NCBI GenBank assembly: GCA_009914755.4
Contig: CP068257.2
Span: forward strand, 14,848,001 to 14,912,000
Source: the human T2T-CHM13v2.0 reference genome, Homo sapiens
Direction of reading: 5' to 3'
DNA: 64,000 nucleotides
Under the pieces are notes generated by a model. That model was not told where the DNA came from. It searched no databases and was given only the letters and a program-made list of their open reading frames with translations. Positions within the stretch are counted from its first letter, which is position 1; every line of letters starts with the position of its first letter. A program made the position numbers and the translations under genes. This document shows positions 40,373-52,800 of this stretch, piece by piece.

Positions 40373-42873
40373 AACTGGAAATTTAAATTTTTATGTCAAT
40401 GAATGTGTCATCTGCTTTCTTGTTTTGCTGAATCATGGGGCTTAAGTTTCTGCCAAGCACTCTTTAAATATGTGCTTAGGACACTAGCAGATTTGTCCAG
40501 AATTTTGCAATCTAGAAAAAAAGCAATTTTAATTTTAGCCCGTGTGTAAATTTTTAGTTTATGGTTTAGAATTGCATTATTTTGAATTACAAATGGGGAG
40601 GACGACATGATGGTTCTCACGTGTGTGTATGTGTGTGTACACATTCACTCCTATCGTTGCTAAAGAAAGTCACCTGAAGGACATGGCACAAAAACAACCA
40701 CAAACCATTTTTAGTTATGTTTCCTAGATGCCTGAATCATTTTTCAGATTTTTTTCTATTAGACAAGTCACAGTTTGATTATCTTTGAAAGTCATTGTTA
40801 TGTATTGTGCAGTGTATGTGTTTACACATGGAAAAGGGGCAACATTAATCCATCATTTGGGGAAGACACTGAATATAATGTTAAATTTTTTGCAAACAAT
40901 CATACTTTAGATAAAGATTCTCCAATTATTGCAACATTTTTAAAAAATAAAGTTAAAGGACATGGTTCTTTTTAGTGCCGCTCAGTATGTTTGGTTTCTG
41001 TACTAATAATGCTTGCTTTCCTGTTTGGCTTTAAATTCTGCTTAAGGAAATTGTGAAAAATTTAATTCACTCTACTTTTGTTAGAAAGTATAGAAATGTT
41101 CGTGCATGGGATTCATTGCCTGCTAGAATGGAAATTCATTGGGGAGGGGAACCATTTCATTTTACTACCTAAGAGCTGTTGACACAGTCCCTGCATCTTT
41201 CAAAGGCATCTTTCATGCCACGCGGGCAAACTGTAGCCAGCGAAGAAACAGAAAGAGCCCTTCTCACATATGTCAGTCTCAGAAAACTTGCATAGCAGCT
41301 GTGCTAGGTACCGATGAGGATTACTATAGACCCAGTTGCAGGGTTTTATGTGGATAAAGAGACAACTGGCTTTCTCAGGGGAGCACTTTGTTGGAGATTG
41401 CAGCAATAGTGCATCCCTGCTGTTGCTAGAAGACATTGTGACCATGTAGTACAAAATCAGTGCCAGATAAAATCAGAAAGTAACAAAAAGCAAGAAGAAA
41501 ACTCGGAGTTTTTTTAAATCTTAAAGTGAGAGACGAAAACAAATGTTCTGGGCTTGTTTCATTCACTTGTAAGGAAAAGGAGACAGATGAAGGGATGCCT
41601 TTAACTCAGAAAACTTGAAGGGCTTTCAGTCTTTTCATTTGAGAACCATTTGGGTGTGTTGAGAAAAAAAGTTGCCAGAGTAGGCATGTTCAGACCTTTA
41701 TTTGCTACATTTGGTAGGAAAGATTTTTTTTTTCCCCTCTTAACTACAAGAAGCCAGAGTTTTCTGTGCAAACGAAACAGGCGTTGCAAGAATCAGATTC
41801 ACTTTGGACGACTCTTCACATTCCAAGTCATCATTGCGTTAGGCAGCACAATTCCATCTCTGGTTGATGGGCAGAAAAAGTGGGCAGCTTGCCAGGTAGA
41901 CGTTTCCATGACTCCCAGCCCCCAAAGGTGATGCGTTTTTCAGCTAATTCAATGAAGAGTGGGCTGAACTTTGGGTCTAAACGAGACAATAGCTGCCTTC
42001 GCAGTATCAGCAGAATGGTTGATGGGAGTGCACTCTACATTTGGCAGAGAATCATGTGACCTTACGACTGAGATTTTGTGATGGTGCCAACGGAGACTTG
42101 GAAAGCAGCAACCGTCCTGACTTTTTTCTTCTTTTCTAACATGGCTCAGAAAATGGTGGATCTTAATACTTGACTTTAGCCAGACTCAGCAAGCGACTGA
42201 GCTTTGAAGCACAACTTCGCCTTTATTCTGGGTTTTTGGCAGGCCACCAGGAGGCTGTCCCTTTCACGCCTGATAAATTCTGCTGCTTATCTCTAAATAG
42301 AAAAAAAAAAAAAGGAAAATAATAATAGAATATTGAGGCATAACAAGTGAATTCTAAAATTGTATGTGCTTTTTGTTTTTTTTTTTTGTTTTTTTTTGCC
42401 TTTTCTGACTGGTGATTTGTATTTTTGTTTTATTTATTTATTTATTTTTTAGGTTACTACCTTTCTGCTTGTAGAAGAATCCAAGTAGTTGGGTCTTTTT
42501 TTTTTTGGTTTATAATGAACAGGCATTTGAACTGGGCAAACAGGACGACAGCAGCAGTGAGCATGAGATCATTGCATTGCAGCACTGTAGCAAACTGGCA
42601 CCCTGCCTTTGCACCCCTTTGGTTCAGGAGACAAACGTGTGTAATCCTCATTTCTAAAGTCAGCACAGCCTGGAAGGATTCCTGGTCTCTCCCACCTTCT
42701 ACCATTCTGCTGCCAGTGACGGCAAGGATTGGTGTAGCTTCTGCGCAGTGCTTTGTGCCTGGAATACCGAGAAGGAAGAAAAAGAAGACAAGCACCCTGG
42801 TCCTTTTCTAAGAAATTACAGGCGCCCTTGAAGAAAAAATCTGAGTGTGTCCTACTACATGCAAGAGTGCTGG

Positions 42874-42901
<28 letters not shown>
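42874..42901. repeat. Poly(A) 28-mer followed by an A-rich (CAAAA)-like tract up to about 42990
   Basis: gagtgctgg then 28 A, then gagacgctcctgctcaaaaacaaaaacaaaagcaaacaaacaaaaatccaaaccaaaacaaaccaaaaaaagc. Confidence 0.9.
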
Positions 42902-42904
<3 letters not shown>

Positions 42905-44811
42905 ACGCTCCTGCTCAAAAACAAAAACAAAAGCAAACAAACAAAAATCCAAACCAAAACAAACCAAAAAAAGCAAACATTGGCTGTATAACTACAGAGA
43001 CATCGGGCTTTGTAAATCAGCTTTTTAAGGCAACATAACCAAATGAGCCTTCTTTATTTTTATTATTTCAAACCATATGGCATAATTAGCAATATATTGC
43101 ACTTGGTGAAATCGCACCTTTCATATCAGGTATAACTTTTTTTGTTGTTTTTCTTTTAAAGGCTACTGTTATATAAAAGGGAATCCTTGAACTTTTAATT
43201 TACTTTTATTTAACTCATTGCCCACTTTACTCTTATTAACTTTTTCCTTTTCCTCTCTTGCTCTAATCTTGATTAAAATAGAAACTTAAGGAAAGATAGA
43301 AAAATCTCTATGAAAAAGACAATACATGTTTTTATGTGGGGTATACACAGAAGTTTTGGAAAGATATTAATATATCTGTGCTTTTTGTGTCCAGTATTAG
43401 TTTTTGCTATCTAAGAAAAGTGAATGTTTAGACCTAGTGGGTAAAAAAAGTAAATCTTTCATGTGACTTATAATTTGAAATGTGAAAGAAGAAACTTTTT
43501 AAACTTGTAGAAAAGGGTTATATTAGAATATGCGTTGAATGACTGATAAATAAGATTGCTTTTGGGGAAGTTATATTCAAATTATTTACAAAGATTTCAG
43601 TAGAACAAAAATAGGAATGAGAAGAGCATGTTCTCAGTTGCTAGGTAGAAAAGAAGCTTCTTTCATAATAATATGCTCTTTTAAAATACATTTTAAAAGA
43701 AGTACTTGTCCTAGAGCAGTTGCAAAAAGCATTGGAAATATCAAGTGTATTAGAAAAAGTACATGCAAACTTGTTTTAAGTTCAGAGCAATGTATTGGCT
43801 CAGCAGATAACTGCATTGCATTATAATTATTTTGTCTGTTTGTAGAAGTAAATTGCTAAGCAATTTAAGCATTTTATTAAAAAAACAGTTTTGCCTGGTT
43901 CAGTGTGAAAGGATTAGCAGATGCATTCCAGCTATTTTAGTTTTGATAAAAAATGTTTCTAAACAAGTGTAAAAATAATTTTTAAAAGAGAATGCTTTTG
44001 AAAAATTCAGCAAGTATCAATGAAAACTATAATTTGCATACTAAGAATTGACGTTATAATATTTCGGTAAAAATATACTTTGGTAATCTGTTATGCTTTT
44101 AAAATCATATTTTCTTATATTACAAATATGTAGGGTAAACAATGAAAAATGTAGAACTGATTAATTCTGCCTTTGTGTTTGCTATTCTATGAACAATTAC
44201 AGGAAATTGCAAAATCCCTATATACTGATAACATTCAAATAAAACGTTCTGTTGGTTATTGTTCACTAATTATTTACAAAATAGCTCTTGTACCTCCATG
44301 CTGCCTCAGCTAATGGTACACCAACTTTCACTGGCTTAATTAATATTGATAAACCTGTTTCCATGTTTCAAGATCCGTTTAAAAACATTATTTTAAATGT
44401 TATTTTTAGCAGCCATTAATCTCTACACTCTTAATTATCTTATTAAGCTCCATGCCAAATCCAAATCTCTTTTCAGCTTTCGCTACTTCATTGTGCAAAA
44501 CCTAGTCGCTTCTTTAACAGCCATCGTCCTTTCACTTTCAAAACTGTTACTGTGAAAACAACACGAACCAAAATGAACGCATAAATGCAAACTATGAAAC
44601 CACTTTATATGTCATATGAGTAGCCTGGGTGGGGCCCTGTGAGTCTTCCAAGGCTTTAAAAAAAAAATACTTTAAAAGGTTTTGCCCATTTTGATATCGT
44701 GTTTTCTTCTCGATCGTCTACCCTCATTCCCACGATCCACTCAGATGCTCCTCCTAGACAGCAGTTGTCTGATATTTCTCCTTTTGTGGTTGTTTTAGGG
44801 AAAAACTTAAA

Positions 44812-44859
44812 ATGGATATGAAAAGTGAAGAAAGTGATCATAGGAGAAAACCATTTCAG
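44812..44859 (+). CDS. Hypothetical short coding-exon segment (exon 44799..44859) with an in-frame ATG: M-D-M-K-S-E-E-S-D-H-R-R-K-P-F-Q. Gene not recognised
   Basis: Acceptor-like ctccttttgtggttgttttag|GG, then GGAAAAACTTAAA ATG GAT ATG AAA AGT GAA GAA AGT GAT CAT AGG AGA AAA CCA TTT CAG, then donor |gtaaaa. A local CpG cluster lies 40-320 bp upstream. There is no homology support. The segment is short and could arise by chance. Confidence 0.2.
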
Positions 44860-47789
44860 GTAAAAATAAAAAACAAAGAGCAAATAAGATTTACTGTTTT
44901 TAAAGAAAAACAACATTCTTTTGACTGTGTTTTGTTATAAGAATTAATTTCATATTCTTTATGAGTGTAACTGTTGAAATTTTATTGATGGTTTTCATTT
45001 GAAAATGTGTGCTATGACCTACCTTTGTGAAAAATTTCTTGTGGTCAATTGGGCAGTTTGTGTCCCATTGAATATATGTCTGTGTATCCATACGCTTAAG
45101 ATAGGTGCAATACGGTTTACTAGAAAGCTTTATAGGAAAAGAAAAAAATTATATTTTCTTATTTGTTGTACCATATAAAAGGAAGTGAAATCAGGAGGAG
45201 GGGAATAAGGTCATGCTTTTTCATCTTTTTTACATGACCTGATAAGACAATGAAACCAAAACATGCTTTCTTATAGTTATGGTAAAACTAAACCCAATGC
45301 TGCCTCTTATTTCACATTTGCATTTATAAATATATGTTGAAATATTTTTACTACAACTGAATGTATGATTGTTGATTATTTACTATAGTTTTTAATAATT
45401 ATGAGGACAATTTAAGAATAAATAATGGTTTAAAATTATGTAGAACACATGATCTATATAAAGGCTATAAAACGTATTTATTTCAAAATATGCAAAATCA
45501 CTAAGCAATTAGTATGTAGTATTATTTTACACAATAAAGATATAATTAGGAAATGCTAAGTGATTATAGATGTGAAATGATTAATGATTGTACAACTTAT
45601 CATTTTGTTGCAGTTGAGTTTACAATCTTAAAAAAACGTGTATGTGGCTGGCTTTATGTTTACTCGTTTGTGTGTTTGCTTGTTGTCTGGTGGTTTAAAA
45701 CATTTTTTAGTAATATTTTATTTTTGCCCAACCTGTTGACCAGATGAGAGTTGTATGTAGCCATGCATTTTAAGTGTATCTTTTTTGAACAATAAGTTTA
45801 AATATATTTTATTTAGGAAAGAAGATATCCTATGTCATGTAATACATCTGGAGTATAAATGTTAGTGTGGAGTATTAGTAATCATGCCATTATCGTGCCA
45901 TTTAGTTTAGTTTTATATTAACTCATCCAAATATTGTAAATTTTAGCACCATTCCGACTATAGACACAGATGTATATATTTAAGGCTGATAATAACTTCC
46001 TGTATTCTCTAGCTAGTGAACAAGATCTTACTGTTTTATGAGAAAGTTATAATGTTACCAATTCCTTGAAACCAGTAACTAAACTAGTTTTATAAAAATT
46101 AAAATAAGCACGGTCTAACTCATACACAATTAACTTAATAGTTAATTTGGTTTTAATTATAGGCTCGTAATACTACATTCATGCCTCACAATTATATAAT
46201 TCATACATGCATGTATGGATTCTTTTTTCTTTTAAAACTCAATTAGAATAGTTTAATTCCAAAATATTTACTATTGAAACAAAAGCAGTTCGTGAAAAAT
46301 TTTTCAATAAACTACTTTTTAAATTCTCATGCATATAAATTTGTATTTAGTTTTGAATATTTATGAAGGCCTTTAATGGAGAATATGCATCCTTAGAACT
46401 CAGCATTTAAAACATTTATACTAAAGGATCAATATTATTTTTGACTCTTAATTGCATCAGATATTTACAACAAATTCTATATTAATAGGGGGCCCATGCA
46501 AGATGTTGCCCATTGGCATAAACCCGTAGATCCGATCTTGTGGTGAAGTGGACCGCACAAGCTCGCTTCTATGGGTCTGTGTCAGTGTGGTAATCTGACA
46601 AAATGCTATACACAGTGCCGTTCAACAATAGTTCAGTAAAATCCTGTTAAACTCCAGTTGATTATATACTTTTGAAGTCATTATATTTTCCTTTGTTTTT
46701 AATGTTTATTTTAATCATTGTCTGTCTTACAAGGCAGGCTTCAATTCTCAACAACTTGGAAGCGTTTATATCACACCCATTCAAGTTCGATTCCATGTAC
46801 AGTAAATTGCATAAGAAAGTTGAACCTTTATAGCAGGGTTTGGACCAGGATCTGAATAGATTCTGTTCAGAAACTTCAGTGCATACTGTAGTGCTTAGTG
46901 TACCTCTTCAACTTCAGTAAGAAAATTAAAGACTACCATTGGATTTATATGTTTTTATTGAGCCTATTTCTCCTGAAAAAATGAGGCTGAATGCAATTGA
47001 CTTTTACTATTAATTGCGACTAGAACTATGGCAGGTTAGATGGTCAGAAGACATTTTACGTGACCTATGCTGGAAACCCAAGTGTTTAGGTTAGTCCTAT
47101 GAGAAACAGTTAGCAGCAAAGTTTACTGGTAAAATGTTAGAATATTATATCTATATCCTTGCCAAGCCCTTAGGTGTATGGCTGCCATATTTGGAGGAGC
47201 TGACTGAAGATATGATAAGGAGTTTGAAGCAACATTGGAAGCTGTGTGCATCCGGGTTGAGGTAGTAGGTTGTATGGTTTAGAGTTACACCCTGGGAGTT
47301 AACTGTACAACCTTCTAGCTTTCCTTGGAGCACACTTGAGCCGTCGAGGAATTCTTCATCACTTTAACCTGATTGAGCCAATTTGTGTGCAAGAAGGTAA
47401 TGTGTCATGAGTATCTTGGATCATTGATTTGGGCCTTTATTACATTAAAATGATCATTTCAGCCCTATTAGATTATTCCATTTGTATCTGCTTATGAACA
47501 ATGTCAAAATGGTATTTCTAATGGGTTGTCACTCCATGTTCAAACATTTTAAGAAAATTGTAGGTAGTGACTTAAATTGCATTAATATTAAAGCTTTTTA
47601 TCATCTATAGATTAACAAAATTCAGACCTTAATTTTCAAATGGATCATTGGTCTATTTATATTGGCTGCTTAGACACTATAATAAAAAATGTCTGCTAGA
47701 GTTAATAGCTCCCATAGCACATTATTTGCGTTTTCCTTATGACACATCACTTTCTACCTTATGTTATGGCTATTTATGTGCTTGCTGAT

Positions 47790-47910
47790 TTTTTCCGCAC
47801 TAGACTGTAAGCCCCTTGAGGGCAAAGTCCATGTTTTATTTTTCACTGTATCCCCTCCAATGCCTTACTCATAATGAGCACTAACTATTTATTGGATTAG
47901 TGAATGGAGT
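47790..47910 (+). mobile_element. MIR SINE 3' region
   Basis: cactagactgtaagccccttgagggcaaagtccatgttttatttttcactgtatcccctccaatgccttactcataatgagcactaactatttattggattagtgaatgga matches the MIR core/3' (...CTAGACTGTAAGCTCCTTGAGGGCAGGGACTGTGTC...TGTATCCCCAGCGCCTAGCACAGTGCCTGGCACATAGTAGGTGCTCAATAAATATTTGTTGAATGAATGAA). Confidence 0.65.
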
Positions 47911-49481
47911 GTAAGACCTCACTCTGTGATGAGTTTCTATTGAATATTTGAATGAGTTATGGCAGTGGTCAAACATCTGAGTTTTATTTATTGCTCCTAA
48001 AACTGTTTAAATTTAATTCCTGGACTGCTCCGCATCAGTAATACATGTGTCGATTTTTGACTGTGTTGAATGTGTTCATTCATTCTAAACAGATAAGTTA
48101 AAATTTAGAAGTACTTTTTATCTAGAATAAAAATAATAGAGTAAATTCATTTTTACTAATTAGTTCATGACAGTTTATGATCCTACACTTAGATAATTCA
48201 TATTTCTGTTGAATTTAAATACCTTTCTTTCCAGATGAATCGTTTTTCTTTTAGCATCAATTTCAACTAAATATTCTATTTTAAGTCTCATTTAACAATA
48301 TGATTTTTAAAAATTAGATTTGTGTCTTTTGTGTATTTCCCTCGTCTCCTGCCCTTTATTTTTGTACAGCTATATCTGTTGAATAAACCAGAAGCAACTA
48401 AACCAGAAACATGTCAATAAATTAATAATAAATATGTATATAAAGTATAATTTGAGAATGTGAACACATTTTTGTTTAAAGGAAAGGCACTTTATAATAT
48501 TCTTTGTGTTACAAAGCAAATGGGACTCTTTGGAACCTTAGTTTGCTGTCAACTTTAGCAGCTGTTAGTGGTGTAATTTGTGTAGTGAGGCTATCTTACA
48601 TAGATCATCTTTCAGACACAGGATTAAGTAGTTGTTGATGTTAGAACTTTAATTTAAGACTCCAAATATGAAACATGGAATTCATTAAAGAGACGTTTAG
48701 ATGCAAATATATATTAAGGACCTCAAGATACTGGCTATGTGGTGCTGACCTTTCTAGAATGCTCAGGCATCCAAAATATCTTAATACCTAGAACTTGCTA
48801 ACAATGTAGTGAAGAAGGAATGGCTACCCCCAACACGTAGAACATGTGAGCCTTAGAAAGTGAATACCAGTCACTTCAAGCAAAATAATTTGATTGGTCT
48901 ACAGTAGTAAAGACTCTTTCTCTCTGTGAAAGAAAAATATTTGCAAGGACTAATCAAGAAGCAATGAATAAGAGGCAGTAGACATAGACCTAAAACAAAC
49001 AAACAAAAAGACATGAAGAGATGAAAAGGAAAGTGACTCATAGCAAATAGGAACACCATTGTGTCTAATGATGGCAGTTCAACCCACGGATGAAAGAAAG
49101 GGACAACTAAATGGGTAAACAATTGTATCTTTATAAATAGTTTTTTCCTTGAGAGCCTAGGATCCCTTTCCTATGTGTTTCTATGTATGTATCTCCCAAT
49201 ACTAGGTGTATTTATTTAGAAGCCAAATCTATTGATGGGCCAAATAGAATATGATTGCCAATAAATGTCTATTTCCTTACAGTGTAATGGAGTTAAGTGC
49301 CTCACAGAGGTCAAGTAAGATGTGCAGTTTAAGGATAATCTTACAAAAGTACTATAATGAATTGTTAGAATTACAGCCTCTTTTATATACTATCACCTAA
49401 AGTGAATGAGTATAATAGAAGAATAATTGAAGAATGGTGAAGATGTCTCTATGATTCATTATGTTAGTTATGTAGAAATCA

Positions 49482-49970
<489 letters not shown>

Positions 49971-50382
49971 TTATAAATAAATGGCAAATGTCAGATATAG
50001 AAATTGATAGGATTTTTTGAGAAACCAAGATATAGGACCACTGCTGATGTCAGTAATTAAAAATAGTTAAATTATGTCTAAGAAATCAAAGCGAAAGATT
50101 GTTCATATAGAGGGCTTATGTTCAGCTATGGGGAAACAACTAACCAGACTGAATAATTTCCTTAAGAATTTTAAGTGGTCAAGTTTAACTGTAGACTGGG
50201 GTTTTCACATCTGGTAACAGAGTATGACAATTCAGGAAATTATTAAATATCAGTGAATCATACTTCGTTTAACCAATATTTCTTTTGATATTTTGGGGCA
50301 CAAAGTTGGATATGTCTTTATGTTCATACTGGTTGATTTACCTCAAATGCTTTGTGGGATGAGGCAGGAAGGAGTTTTAGAG

Positions 50383-50425
50383 TGGGAAGGGAGGGAGGGA
50401 GAGAAGAAGGGAAGGAGGGAAGAAA
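50383..50425. repeat. GA-rich (GGGA/GGAA)n purine tract
   Basis: gggaagggagggagggagagaagaagggaaggagggaagaaaag. Confidence 0.7.
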
Positions 50426-51802
50426 AGTAAAATCAAGTGCAAAGCAATCGATTGAGCCTCACCAGAAAAGTCCATTATTAGATTATAAGAACTAATGAGA
50501 GAAAGTAACTATGAGAGAATCAGATAAATTACTTGGCAATTGGACTGGGTCTTTTTGAAAAACATCCAATAGTCCATGAACTATGTTATTAGAATAAATG
50601 AATGATTTCTGTAAATAATAATTTAGATTCTCTTATTCCCTATTATCAAATGCTGACTAATGAGCACAGGTGATTCCTCAAGATTACCCAAATGATCTGA
50701 TACAGGATTCCGTCTTCCTGAGCATTATTTCACACCCATGGCTAGTTTCTCTGCTACAGGATAGAGGAATAACTCCTGAGGTAACTTATCTTAACTCTAC
50801 CTATACTTGACCTCTAAAACCCTTTGGGAATGCTTGTGAAAGATATACCAGAAGAATACTTTATTCTTACTTTAATGCCTACTGCCCAAGCAAAACTAAT
50901 ACCTGTTATTATTATGTCATTTAACATGATAATATCATGTTCACCTACAAATCCTTTACTGATTCTCTAAGATAGAATTTCTCAGTTTTGAATCCTCAAG
51001 GCCCTTGCCACTTTCATTCCCACAGGGATTTCTCTGACTTCTATTAGTAGTATTTACAAGTGTCCAAAGGGACTGTGACTTGCCTTTGTACCTCTTGTAA
51101 TGTACATGCTTTACTTTTTTAACTATGGATATATTGAATCAATGCCTGTCGTCTTGAGTTGAACTTTAGATCATTTATGGGCAATGATGAGAACTGCTAC
51201 ACACCTTACGATAAACTTGGTTTCAGCAGTAAAGTCATGGGTTACCCAAGACATCTCTAGACTCTCCAGAATGTATTGTCATGGTATTAGGAGTATTCTA
51301 ACGGTGCCTAGGTCTGCAGCCCACTCTTGATTAAGCATGTGATATACCAGTGGAAATGATTTAGGCAACCAGCCAATCACTATAATTTGTAGTAAATCTA
51401 AGCCCCTTTATGTAAGAAATCCATGTCTGTTTCAAACTGACAGCTCCTACCATAATGTTTAGCTTATAGGATCCATTCACCACTCCATTTTGGTGAATGA
51501 GCAAAAATTTTTTAAACAAAATAAAAAAGTGTTATATATTGGAGCAATTCTATATTTAAGTAGACTTCTTCAAACTTTTAAAGTTTAGAATTTAAAATAA
51601 ATTAGAAATATCACTTTTGGGGGGAATTCTGTTTGATGATAATTCTTTTTTTTTTTTTTTATAAGCCATAATTAATATAGATTTAATGCATTTTTCCATG
51701 TATTACATGATTTAAGTACAGTCTTCAAAAGTGAAGGAGTCTTTACTTGAAAGATGTTAAAGTGTATATGTTTGTGACTCTAGAATTTTCTTTTTTTGTT
51801 GT

Positions 51803-52340
51803 TTTTTTTTTTTTTTTTATTATACTCTAAGTTTTAGGGTACATGTGCACATTGTGCAGGTTAGTTACATATGTATACATGTGCCATGCTGGTGCGCTGC
51901 ACCCACTAATGTGTCATCTAGCATTAGGTATATCTCCCAATGCTATCCCTCCCCCCTCCCCCGACCCCACCACAGTCCCCAGAGTGTGATATTCCCCTTC
52001 CTGTGTCCATGTGATCTCATTGTTCAATTCCCACCTATGAGTGAGAATATGCGGTGTTTGGTTTTTTGTTCTTGCGATAGTTTACTGAGAATGATGGTTT
52101 CCAATTTCATCCATGTCCCTACAAAGGATATGAACTCATCATTTTTTATGGCTGCATAGTATTCCATGGTGTATATGTGCCACATTTTCTTAATCCAGTC
52201 TATCATTGTTGGACATTTGGGTTGGTTCCAAGTCTTTGCTATTGTGAATAGTGCCTCAATAAACATACGTGTGCATGTGTCTTTATAGCAGCATGATTTA
52301 TAGTCCTTTGGGTATATACCCAGTAATGGGATGGCTGGGA
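51803..52340 (-). mobile_element. Young LINE-1 (L1PA, low divergence) 3' terminal ~540 bp, 5'-truncated, minus orientation
   Basis: T17 then attatactctaagttttagggtacatgtgcacattgtgcaggttagttacatatgtatacatgtgccatgctggtgcgctgcacccactaatgtgtcatctagcattaggtatatctcccaatgctatccctcccccctcccccgacccc...gtgagaatatgcggtgtttggttttttgttcttgcgatagtttactgagaatgatggtttcc. ORF 52024..52266(-) translates to the L1 ORF2 C-terminus MFIEALFTIAKTWNQPKCPTMIDWIKKMWHIYTMEYYAAIKNDEFISFVGTWMKLETIILSKLSQEQKTKHRIFSLIGGN. Confidence 0.95.
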
Positions 52341-52696
52341 TAATTCTTGATCTCTTAAAATTGGCATTGTCTTGTGTGTCCCTTAATTTTTAACCTTATT
52401 CTATGCTATGTGAAGGCGTGAATTAAATCATATTTCTCTCCTACATCCAATATCTCTTAAATCCCAATTTTGTTTCTCTTCATCTGAACTCTTAGAGTAC
52501 TTATTTGACAACAATCATAGTCAGTCTGTGTTTCTAATTACTTTTTATATGTTTATATAGTATATAAGAAGATTAGATCATATGCTGTATAATTTGTGTA
52601 AATTTGTACACAATAGGCACTTAATAAATTGTGCTTTATTGAAATTAAAAATAAAATTGACACTTATTAATGATAAGAACCTTAGAGATCAAATGG

Positions 52697-52800
52697 CCCA
52701 TTTTCCAGATGACCAAACTGAGGCCCAGTTTCTTTAATGATTCTGCCAAGGTCAATCTACTAGTTACGGACATAACTCAGATTTCAAACCATTTCAGTGA
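52697..52800 (-). mobile_element. MIR SINE core fragment, minus orientation
   Basis: cattttccagatgaccaaactgaggcccagtttctttaatgattctgccaaggtcaatctactagttacggacataactcagatttcaaacc against the reverse complement of MIR: ATTTTACAGATGAGGAAACTGAGGCACAGAGAGGTTAAGTAACTTGCCCAAGGTCACACAGCTAGTAAGTGGCAGAGCCGGGATTCGAACCC. Confidence 0.6.

Noticed and set aside
42569-42976. 135-aa minus-strand ORF and 91-aa plus-strand ORF (42753..43028), lysine- and phenylalanine-rich
   Set aside because: The poly-K and poly-F runs are translations of the A28 tract and the (CAAAA)n tail. These are composition artefacts.
47319-47396. Exon-like stretch with a strong donor (AAG|gtaatg) and an open frame LAFLGAHLSRRGILHHFNLIEPICVQE
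   Set aside because: The only upstream acceptor candidate (ccttctag|) has a weak polypyrimidine tract and no ATG, there is a stop two codons upstream, and the 61-aa ORF on the opposite strand (47151..47333) overlaps it. It is indistinguishable from chance without expression or conservation data. It is mentioned only because two CpGs (tccggg, gccgtcgag) sit in it.
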